64,000 nt of DNA from Octopus sinensis (taxonomy: Eukaryota). The notes beneath the pieces are model-generated. The model was not told where the DNA came from, made no database searches, and was given only the letters and a program-made list of their open reading frames with translations. Location of the stretch: contig NC_043005.1 in NCBI RefSeq assembly GCF_006345805.1, positions 34,720,001 to 34,784,000 on the forward strand, given 5' to 3'. This document shows positions 53,045-64,000 of the stretch, in pieces. The first letter of the stretch is position 1, and the number at the start of each line of letters is the position of its first letter. Made by a program: the position numbers and the translations under genes.

Positions 53045-54432
53045 TGGACTGGACCACTACATATAAACAGTAGTGGCCTGAGTAAGTAAGTTATAAAATC
53101 ATCATGCTAGTTTCACAGTTCTTATGTTGATGGTTCAAAGATGGAGTACAAAGTTTACAGTTCGAGTTAGAATGTTGGATTGTTTGTTCTTAAACGATTG
53201 TTGCTACATTCTATGTGGTTACTGCCATTTGTTTTGATTATATCGTTATTACACTGTTGCAGTATATTTGTTTATCCATAAGGAGATAACATCTGGCGAC
53301 GAGGAGCGCTCAAAACTCACATAGGTTATTTGACAATTTCTGCATCATGGAAAACCTACTAGCTGCAATAGTACAGCTTCAAGAGAAGCAACAGGAACAA
53401 GTACAGAAGTTGCAAAAACAAACACTACAACAACAATTAACTGAGTTACAGTCGGTGAAGTCCAAAAATCCAGTTAGCTCATTTATATCAGATGGCGTGG
53501 CTAATGCAATTTCTGAATTTATGTACAATCCAGGAATATTACATTTCCTGCATATTACAGAAGATACGAGGAAATTTTTAACAACAATTACAAGTCCTAT
53601 GAATGGCGCTTACTACCTAATCATAGTGGATGGCTGTACTAAGTGGCCAGAGGTTTGCAGGTGCTATAGACCAACCTCTAAGACAATTATAAAGTTCTTA
53701 CATGAATTGCTTGCACGATATGGTGTCCCTGACACACTGGTTTCAGACAATGGAACACAGTTCTCTGGGTATGAATTCAAAAACTTCTGTAAAAGGCATG
53801 CAATAATGCATATTCTCACTCCACCCGATGTCAAATGGACAGGTAGAAAGATTTGTGGAACCTTTAAGAGAGTGTTAAGAAAAGTGAGGAATGAATTTAA
53901 GTAATGATGAAGCACTGACAAATTTCTTAAGAACATATGGAGTGACCCTCCAATCCAAGTACAAATTCAAGGAAGTCTCTTGTAGAATTGATGTTCGCAA
54001 GAAGAATAAAATCCATTTTTGATAAGCTATTACCATAGAAAAAAAGACAGAAAAGAAATACAAAACAGCAAACGAAATATGTCAAGATTGATGATAAAAT
54101 GCATTTCAAAACCTATAGATACAGTAAAGAAAACTGGGAAGATGACCATGTTACCATAAAAATTGGAAGTATGATGTATCTAATTAAAGGGTCACATGGT
54201 GAACATAAAGAGACAGAAAAACCAACTAAGGAAGAGGCATACCCATGATGAGGAAGAAATACTGATGGTAGTATTTAGTGAAATATTCTATGTACTAGTA
54301 CCAAAAGTAATAGAGTCCTGTAGAACCAGCATGAGAAAAAGAAAGCAGACTGAACACCTTGAGATAATTCCCAAGCAAAAGTGATACTATAAACAGAATG
54401 AAGACTGGTACCATCTATGCAGAGGAGCGTGT
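53045..54432 (+). mobile_element. Internally deleted Gypsy element: partial 5' LTR, PBS, gag start fused to integrase, PPT-like end
   Basis: LTR end ..ATAACA (53291); PBS TGGCGACGAG (53294-53303); gag ISEFMYNP; integrase YYLIIVDGCTKWPEV..GVPDTLVSDNGTQF; AGAGGAG at ~54421; no 3' LTR seen. Confidence 0.88.
53347..53904 (+). pseudogene. 185-aa chimeric gag-N/integrase ORF
   Basis: Open frame spans a frameshift and a large deletion; lacks the third (E) catalytic residue. Confidence 0.7.
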
Positions 54433-55854
54433 GAATGTGCACGATTAAAATTGTGGGAGGCAGTGAATTAGAGAAGTAATTATTGAATTTTCAGAATTTT
54501 AGAGTAAATAAAATGTGGATCAGATAGAAGCAGGTCAACATGCTGTGAGGGAGAAATCTGGAAAGAAACTTCCTATGTAAGAGATGCGAGAAGATAAAGC
54601 CCCATAGGCAAGAATATTTTCCAAATAATTTTCATCAAACAAACATTTACTGACATCAAAGGTAGCAACACTGTGATCATCTTGTATCTGTTGATATCAA
54701 AGGCTGACAATCTTGTATTTTTTTAAGACAGAGCACCTGTTCTTTTCATTTTTCTTCTTTTTTTTCCCATTAGAATGTGGTTTGAGGGAAATTTGGAGGC
54801 AATTTTAAGCAACTCAAGTGATACTGAGAGGTGCTCCTTATTGGCTTGCTAGCTGGAGGATGTAGTGGAACATGTTTCCAATACATAAATGATAATACAT
54901 TGGAAATTGTAGTGTTCATGTGTTTTATAAAATAACTGATTTCAAATTTTGGCAGAAGGCCAGCAATTTCTGGTGAGAGGGTAAGTCAACTATACCAACC
55001 CCAATGTTCAACAGTACTTATTTTATCAACCCCAAAAAATTAAAGGCAAAGTTGACCTCGGTGAAATTTGAACTTAGACTGTGAAGACGGACTAAAATTA
55101 TTACTACAATAAGTAGAAACATTCTGCCTAAAAATTTTTTTCTCATCCTACAACAATTTTTTCTCCATTGCTGTTTTTGGTTTTTGTGAAAGGAGAAAAG
55201 GCAGGGCTTGTAACCTTTTTCCCACGGGTTTTCTTAGAGCAACTGATTTCATAGATGAATGCTCCTCTTCCTCCTTTAAATGTTAATCATTCATGTGTGA
55301 ATTTGGGATGGAGAATGTTTCCTGTTAAACAGGGAAAAATTGAAAGCTATCAATAATAAAGATTTCTTTACACCAGGAAAAATACTAATTGTTAACAGGA
55401 AAGGAGAGACGTACAGATCTATTCATGTGGTTAACATGTTAGATTCCCAACAATAGGCCTTTGGATGTTTGATCCCACTATCTTAAGCAATGAGCAAGTG
55501 TTGTCTTTCAGAGCCATGGGTTGAATAATATTGAGAGTAAAATTTTGGTAGAAGAAAGAAACTTTGCAGAAACCTCTTTGTCAGAGATTTAGGGATATAT
55601 TTACCAAGAAATTTGATGACAATGCACTTCATCACCTTTGATCACAATGCACTTCATTACATTGCTGCAGCTTTCAAATAATGTCACTCCACTGACAACA
55701 TATTATCCTTGAAAGGAAAGCCAGTCCAATGCAGTCCATTTACAGTGTGAAATGAAGTGTTCTGCCCCAAAACACAATGCAATCTCTGGTCAGGGAATCA
55801 AACCCACAATCTTGTGATCATGAGTGCAATACCTGAACTACTAGGCTACATGCC

Positions 55855-55914
<60 letters not shown>

Positions 55915-56174
55915 ATTATATTATGTGTGTACCTCCTACTCTTGGCATGTGATCAATATAAACAGGTGTCGTTGTCACTCACATTGCTATTTGTTTCCAA
56001 TCATCTGTGAAAACATGTCTGGTCATGAGGAAATGTATAAATCTTACTTGGAAACAGATAAGGGTTGGCAACAGAAAAATCTGCCTCAAGATATTCACAC
56101 AAACTCACATGTTTTTCTGTGTGATTGTGTATGTATATGAATGAGATTGTGTCTATGTTAGAATGTGTTTAGGT

Positions 56175-56470
56175 TTACTAGTGGTTAAAACATTGGGTTC
56201 ACAATCATGAGGTAATGAGTTCAATTCCCAGACCAGGCTGTGTGTTGTGTTCTTGAGCGATACATTTTATTTTATGTTGCTCCAGTTCATTCAGCTGTAG
56301 AAATGATTTACAATGTCACTGGTGCCTTTCCCTTGGATAACATTCGTGGCATGGATAACATTCATGGCTGATGGTCTTTCATAAGCAACCTTGCCCAGAC
56401 TTGTGTCCCAGAGGGTAACTTTCTAGGTGCAATCCCATGGTCATTCATGACCAAAGGGAGTGTTTACCCT
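56175..56470 (+). mobile_element. SINE family C, full length
   Basis: CTAGTGGTTAA..GAGTTCAATTCC..GTGTTCTTGAGC..CAGCTGTAGAAATG..tail GTTTACCCTTT. Confidence 0.7.
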
Positions 56471-56608
56471 TTTATATCAATTCAATTTTACAAAATATCA
56501 ATTGGCAAAAGAAGTACTAGCTTGAAATAAGAAGGGGATTTATATAATCCCCTTCTTATTTCAACATTCAGATGGTGTTTTTTTATGTGCCACCAGAATG
56601 GGAGCCAG

Positions 56609-57090
56609 ATAGGCACAGGAGTCACTGTGTGGTAAGCATAGGCGCAGGAGTGGCTGTGTGGTAAGTAGCTTGCTTGCCAACCACATGGTTCCGGGTTCAT
56701 CCCCACTACATGGAACCTTGGGAAAATGTCTTCTGCTATAGCCTCGGGCTGACCAAAGCCTTGTGAGTGGATTTGGTAAGTGTGTGTGTGTGTATATATC
56801 TGTGTGTCTGTGTTTGTCTCCCAAACATCGCTTGACAACTGATGCTGGTGTGTTTACGTCCCTGTAACTTAGCGGTTCGGCAAAAGAGACAGATAGAATA
56901 AGTACTAGGCTTACAAAGAGTAAGTTCTGGGGTCGATTTGCTTGACAAAAGGCGGTGCTGCAGCATGGCCACAGTCAAATGGCTGAAACAAGTAAAAGAG
57001 TAAAGAGTAAAAGAGTAATTGACTAAAACCACTGAATGCAGTGCTCCAGCATGGCTGCAGTCCAGTGACTGAAACCAATAAACGAAGAAA
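56609..57090 (+). mobile_element. SINE family A with duplicated head and duplicated tail
   Basis: 29-bp head at 56609-37 and 56638-66; extra GCAGTGCTCCAGCATGG..GACTGAAAC tail after 57019. Confidence 0.85.
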
Positions 57091-58612
57091 GTATATTACT
57101 GATATTTATTATATTTAAATTAGAGGTTTGTTTAATGAAATTAAATATCAACAAAGGCACTTGTAGATTTTGCTGAGAGTGATGCACAAAAGGCACTTAA
57201 ACTGTAAACTATATTTAAAATATCCAGCCAGCACCAACCACCTTTTCTCGCTCTCTCTCTCTCTCTCTCTCTCCTGCATCACTGACTCTCCACTCTTGCA
57301 GCAGTAACGATAATGGTCACTAAATTTAGACTTTAATTGATGGCCTCTACTTAATTGCCTTCATAATTAATAATAAAAAGAAATGCGAATGGAAATATTT
57401 CTGTTTGACCTGAGACTGAAGACTATAAATAGTTAAATAAAGACTTAAAAGAATAACAGGAATAGTCAGGATTAAGTGTAGAGGTTCCATTGCAAAGTTA
57501 AACCAATTACAGGGTTTAACCACACCTTTAAGACCTAACTCAAAGGTAGAGAGAATAGGCTATAACAAGGCTACAAACTGCTGCTATAAGATAATTCAAC
57601 ATAATGTCAGCTGTTATTCTTTAAAGGATTAACAGTCATTTACTTTTTAAATCAAAATCAGTAATGAGTTATGAATGCTATCTTGACCTTACTTAAAATA
57701 GAGAAGCAACTAGGAATAAACCATAAAATGGAACAGATTTAGTTTCCTTGTTAGTCATACCAATAATTTTTCTGAAAAAAAAAATCAATAATTAGTGAAA
57801 TAGAGTTTATTCAGGTAAAAGATGAAAGGATTCCGAGAGAATCCTTTGTAGTTAGGTTTGACGTGGTCTAGTTGCTAACAATTCCACCTGTGCCAGCAGA
57901 GAAAGACAAGTACACAAAAACTAGTGATGAATATAATGGTGGTGATGAAGAGAGAGAAAATAGTAGCAATGCAATAGTAATGATTATTGTGATGGTGAAG
58001 TATAAGTGCAACAATGAAAAATCACTGTTCACAGTGGTGGAGAGATCAAAGCACCAGCTTTTAGTAGAAAAGATTAAAGGATTTTTAATAGTCTACGTTG
58101 AAGCAGCAATCTGCAAAAGAAGGTGTTAAAGTAGTACTAATCAATAGAACAGTCTAAAATAGCAGTAGACTGTGACAATGTTGGTTAGAGTAGAGGTTGA
58201 TAGTGGTGGAGGTAAGAACAAAGATTGTCTATAATATGTATGGGTTAGAGCAGAGGTTGATATTAAGTACAATTATAGTAGAAATTGATATTGGTATAGG
58301 TTAGAGCAGAGTTTAATAATAATGTAAGTTAGAGTACAAGGTGATAATAGTGTAGTTTATAACAGAGATTGATAATAGTATAGATAGAACAGAAGATGAT
58401 AATGGAGTAGGTCAGAGTAGAACCTGTTGATAATAGTATAACAGAGGATGTTAATAGCATCAGAAACTGTCTTAATCCTACTATAGACACTGTGACCAGT
58501 CTATAATAAGTTAAAACACTATCAATCTATTGTGATTTGCATAGAACACAATGAAAGACACCACATATCCATTCTTTTATCACTGGCCTAGTTTCACCAG
58601 TAATCATGGCAC

Positions 58613-59506
58613 TGTAGGACAGTGCCCAAGGACTTATAACAGACAAACTGTAGACAGGAACTTCACTGTGGGTTAGCTAGTGAGCTTGTCTGCAGTGAAG
58701 GGATTTCTAGTTAGCCAGGACTTCTTTGAAGCACCAGTCGGCTGATTGCTTTCGCCCTCATGTTGTATAACCAAATGTAGCAAAATAGATTCTACATCAA
58801 CATACTCTCATTCTCTGTTGATTTTATTGTGTATAGCTTAATTACGCTATAAGTGGTGAAAACCAGTTATGTCCTATTCCCATATCAATACATGGTACAC
58901 CTAAATCATCCATACCAAGTGACCTCTGCAAGGCAAAGTTCATGTTTGTTTGACGTGACACATGTCAGAAACCACATCAGTCACCCTATGATGGGCCATA
59001 TGAAGTGATATGTCCAGGAGACAAATTGTTCCAACTCCTGATTGGCAGATGACAAGACACGGTTTCCATAGATAGACTGAAACTGGCCCATTTAGATACT
59101 GACAGTCCCTTCCAAGTAGCTCAACCACCAAACAAGGGCTGCCCTAGGCAAATCACACTAACCCTTGATAATGAATAGTCACCAAACAGCCAAGTTACTA
59201 CACGCAGGGTGGCTAAAATGCTTTCCCAGTTCCAATGACAGTCAACAATTCTGTTGGGGGAACTATATGTAGGGCACTGCCCAACAACTTATAACAGATA
59301 AACTGTAGACAGGAACTTCATTGCAGGCTAGCTAGTGAGCTGGTCTGCAGTGAAGGGACTTCCTGTTAGGTAAGACTTTTCTGAAACACCAGTTGGCCGA
59401 TTGCTTTCACCCTCGTGGTGTATAACCAAATGTAACAAAATAAATTGTACATCAACACACTCTCATTCTCTGTTGATTTTATTGTGTACAGTTTAACTAA
59501 GCTAGA
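58613..59506 (+). mobile_element. 894-bp non-autonomous Gypsy derivative with two 239-bp LTRs and GCAC TSD
   Basis: LTRs 58613-58851 and 59268-59506; PBS-like TGGTGA at 58854; PPT TTGGGGGAAC; integrase C-term SPYDGPYEVI..VSIDRLKLAHLD. Confidence 0.93.
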
Positions 59507-59871
59507 GCACCACTGTTCTTTGTCATGATACTTGACCATGGTTTTACAAAAAAACACACATGTTCTGCCATTGATGAGTTTATAGACTTGGACTACTCTG
59601 GGTATCTCAGACATTGCTTGACAGTGGCACCATATTTTTGCTATCTGTTTGGTTAACTAGAGCTGATCATAAAAGAATTGTTCCTTAGTTACTTTCTGCA
59701 TTTAACTGAAGCTGAAGAACATCTAAAGTTTATGAGTGTAGTGTATCACTGAGAATTATTACTAACTCAAACGGAAATATTTTCTTCGATTTCAAAAACA
59801 CATAATGTGCACTGCTGCAGATATGTAAGTTACGCTGGTTCTGTTTGAAATTGAGATTTTGTTTATCAAAT

Positions 59872-60083
59872 TTAATCTTTTAGTATTCAGATTATTCTGC
59901 CAAACGTAATGTTTCTTTACTTACATCATTTTGAATTATTCAGGCATTATCTTGTACCTTCAAGAGTTCGAAAATGTGATTAGTTATTTTTAGAATGACA
60001 TTGCAAGATAGATGTGAGAAGTTGAGCATAAATCAGGTAGAATATTTGAGCCAGACATGACTAGTTAAATGCTAAAGGGTTAA
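59872..60083. mobile_element. Degenerate TTAA MITE (second piggyBac-type family)
   Basis: TTAATCTTTTAGTATT ... AATGCTAAAGGGTTAA. Confidence 0.65.
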
Positions 60084-60154
60084 AACATTGCAGCTACATT
60101 GAAAACAAAATTACACAGCAAAGCAATTTCAGATTTTTACTTTTTGTTATAATT

Positions 60155-60189
<35 letters not shown>

Positions 60190-60192
<3 letters not shown>

Positions 60193-60580
60193 GCAGGAGT
60201 GGCTGTGTGGTAAGTAGCTTGCTTACCAACCACATAGTTCCGGGTTCAGTCCCACTGCGTGGCATCTTGGGCAAGTGTCTTCTGCTATAGCCTCGGGTTG
60301 ACCAATGCCTTGTGCATGGATTTGGTAGACGGAAACTGAAAGAAGCCTGTCATATATATGTATATATATATGTATGTGTGTGTATATATGTTTGGGCGTC
60401 TGTGTTTGTCCCCCCAACATCGCTTGACAACCGATGCTGGTGTGTTTACGTCCCCGTCAGCAGTTCGGCAAAAGAGACCGACAGAATAAGTACTGGGCTT
60501 ACAAAGAATAAGTCCCAGGGTCGATTTGCTCGACTAAAGGCGGTGCTCCAGCATGGCCGCAGCCAAATGACTGAAACAAG

Positions 60581-60583
<3 letters not shown>
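60190..60583 (+). mobile_element. Full-length young SINE family A inserted in (TA)n
   Basis: Pol III A box TGGCTGTGTGG, B box GGTTCAGTCCC, CTTGGGCAAGT core, internal (TA/TG)n, tail GACTGAAACAAGTAA; resembles octopus OR-type SINEs (from memory). Confidence 0.88.
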
Positions 60584-60621
<38 letters not shown>

Positions 60622-63600
60622 GTGTGTGTATGTGTGAGAAAGAGAGAGAGAGGAAGTGAGAATCAGTGAACAAGGAACAAAATAAATGTAAAGACTGGTA
60701 CTAGATTGTAGTGATCAGGTGCATACTATCTTTGCTTCCAGCATTTTGGTCTCTCTATGCAAAAGAACTGTGAGAGTGAGGTCTGTTGCAATTATATGTC
60801 TCCTGGGGCTAAATTACAGCAACATTCGTCCTAAACCAGGACTGCCATGTTGTGTTGGCAAATAATCTTTATTCATAACCATCATGTTGAAGTTAATCAT
60901 CTCTGTCATCTTGGCAGTATGTTTCTCCTGGAAAACAATTCAAAAGAGTTTTCAGTTGAAACAGAATCAAATAAAGCATTAAGTTAGTGCTTTACAAATT
61001 GGTTGTCACAATTGTCTTGTACAGATGTGAACCTTGGATGTCTATATATATAATATATATAAAGGTTGGAATGCTTTCACCTGAGCTGTGAACCATCTTA
61101 CAAATGCATTGACAAGAGCAATGTTACAAGTAATGAAATTCTTGATTGAACCAAACCCAACAGTATTGAAGTGACAGTGTTACATAACAGTTACAATGAG
61201 TTGAGGGCTGTGTTCAAATAATGTTTAATCATCGGCTGTGGATGATGCTCATGTACAGAGAATTGTAAGATGTTGGTTCAAAAGAAGCTCTAGGGTGATG
61301 AAACAAGGATCAACAAAAGCAAATATTCAAATATGCTTTATTGTGAAAGTACTGGTCCATCTCATCATTAGCCCTGAATGGAAAAGTATCATAATTTATA
61401 TGACTTCAGTAAGGAGGTGCTAACAGGAGAATTTGATGCAACAACGAGACACTTTGTTGGTTTTCTTTTAGGTCAAAAATAAACTTATATAACAATCTTA
61501 GAACACATAAATTCAATGGAATAAAACTGTCAACACTGACAGATTCCAGTGATGATGATGGTGATATTTGTTTCCTTAATCTGCAAGGGTTTAAACACAG
61601 TTTATTTGTTAGAATAATACTGTAGTCTGATTTCACTACTATATTTTCAGTTTATCTTCTAATAAAACATGTTCAAAAAAGTAATGTGATTTCTTATATT
61701 TTCTTTATTTTCAATTGTTTTCTTTCCTATATTTTTTAATGCTTAGCTTTATTTGAAATATATTTTCATACTTAGCACATCTTTCTGAATTCATAAAGAA
61801 AATCAGATCCAAAGAGAGATTGTTGTTGTTATTTGGCCCCCAAGTCAACACTGATCAGGCAAACATTTTATCAAACCCATTACAGCATTGCCATCTAGTC
61901 CTTTATACAAACATATGGGGCCATGTAATCTATGTATCCTTACTTCCTTTAAGGTGGTAGGGCATGATTTGATGGAGATATGAGTGATATTTCTGGCAGC
62001 TGAAGCAAACACACAACAGCTTCCACCATTCTAAAGATGAAGAGAGACTAAAATATTGTAAAATACTTGTGAATTATGAATAAGCTATTTATGATGCCAA
62101 GTAACATTGGGACTTGTCAATGCACACACACACACTCACACACATTATATAATGTATATATATGCATACACACATGGTTGATAGTTAATGCAATCAACTA
62201 GAACCAGTGAAGGTGGTGCTCCAGCTTGGCCACAACCTGATGACTGGTATCAGTAACAGGCTTAAAACACTATTGAAACAAACAACATATCAAACACTGA
62301 ATTTGAACATTAAATAATGATGATACTATCATTTTAGTATCTGTTTTTTTTTTTTGTTTTTTTTTTGTCCCCACCACCTTGCTGGCACAAGTTGGATAGT
62401 TCTGTTGTGCAAGCTTTCATCACATCTATGAAGTGCAGGCCAGGTCTAGCTTCCCACCACTTTCCCTATTCAACTAACATACAACGTCTATCATCCATTC
62501 ACCTTTTCTGTCTAAACCCCTATACCAATATAATCATTACTCCTGTTTTCCATTAGTTGAAGTCTTTAATGTCCAGCCACTCTCTCAGCTCACTATGTTC
62601 TTTCTTTCATGTACATTAACATTACACATTCAACAAACAAATCATTCTCCCCTCATTTATCTCCATTCTCCAAATTCATTCAGTATTCAACAAACAGATT
62701 TCTAGACCACATTTCTTGTATATGCTTCATACAGTCTGCTTCTTGATGGGGAGAAGATCCTTTGGTGACAACCTCAACTTCTACTGTTCCTTGTACTAAC
62801 ATCTATATACTAACAATTACTACTCACAGCACTAATTAAATTTTATAGGTAACAGAAACTATTACCTTTTTCTACTGTATCATTTGGAAGTTCAGAAACT
62901 TCATTTCATCTGTGATCCTCCTGCTAACATCAATACATCTCTGGTAATTGGTTCGATATTCCACTACATCTTTCATGTTATTATCATTTGTACACTCTGG
63001 GTACAGGCATGACTGTGTGGTTAAGAAGTCTATCTCACAACTACATGTTTTCAAGTTTAGTCCTACAGCACCGTCCCTAGGGGCAACTAAAGCTGTGATA
63101 ATGAAATTAAGAGGACAGAAACTCTGTGAAAACCATTGGAGGGAGTATTTAAGTTCTTGAGCTGTATACTTAATCTATCAACAGCTTTTGGGTGACTTGA
63201 ATGGAATCTAACTTGTTAAATGAATATGGTCTCAGTCCCTAGTATGAAGCTAACTTCATCCTCATCTCTATTGATCATGGAAACTGTTCCTACTCTGACT
63301 AAACTATTAAAAATAAAAATGCATAAAGAACACAGTCAAGATTGAATGATGCCACTTCTTAGTTTGCATAAGGAATTCTCATCATCTCTGACTCAAGTAG
63401 CAGTTTGGTGTAGGCCTTTGGATTCTCTGCTTGAAACATTTTTCTACAGATTATCAACTCTAAATTCTCCATTAAAATTGTTGCCAACCCCAACCCTAAC
63501 CTAAAAGTACCCTCATCAATAGCTTAATAGGTTTTCACATACCATTCCTCTACACCTAATTCCTTTCTCACCTCCTGTGAAAGACCTTTGACAAAGTAGA

Positions 63601-64000
63601 ATGAGTTCTTAGCTAAGAATTACAATTGCAATTGTCTTCGTTTGTGTGTATGTATGTGTGTGCATGCATGTGTATATAATTTCATACATACATATAAACT
63701 GAGTTATATATTTGCTATCCCTTTGCAGACTGGGGTATTCATATATATATAAAGAACTATTTTAACTTCATAATACATAATTTCCAAAGCTACTTCACAA
63801 ATACACAGGTCTATACACATATAAATTCAGGTATCTATAAATATTTCACATTGTATGCACATATACAGATACAGATGCATGAATAAGTACTACTTTAGAA
63901 CAAATAAAGCTAGGTAGTCTTTGTGAACAATCAACGCTATCTGTGTATTCTGCTTGTTCTTTTGTTGTCAAAAGATTGCTTTGTATTACTTTATTCAATT

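Noticed and set aside
60190-60260. tRNA gene
   Set aside because: A/B boxes belong to a SINE head; no cloverleaf, and it continues into the SINE body

Overview
AT-rich, repeat-dense eukaryotic non-coding DNA. The SINE, RTE-tail and MITE families look like those of Octopus (recognised from memory, not by search). I found no recognisable cellular protein-coding gene, rRNA, tRNA gene or CRISPR array. Most ORFs in the track are microsatellite read-through or chance. The real homology is to decayed transposons: RTE LINEs, R4/Dong-like LINEs, Gypsy LTR elements, Tc1/mariner/maT, several MITEs and three tRNA-headed SINE families (my labels A, B, C). CpG decay in old elements suggests a methylated, possibly intronic region. 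Best leads: (1) a 260-bp element with perfect 54-bp TIRs and nested palindromes at 25.4 kb; (2) a TRIM-sized LTR element with both LTRs and a TSD; (3) two pre-miRNA-sized hairpins; (4) an RTE 3' UTR with multi-level tandem amplification; (5) SINE-B insertions sharing an AATATTAGA target; (6) several snap-back or templated-insertion scars. I cannot support a novel multi-gene system. SINE and LINE fragment boundaries are approximate; TIR, TSD, LTR and hairpin coordinates were counted base by base.
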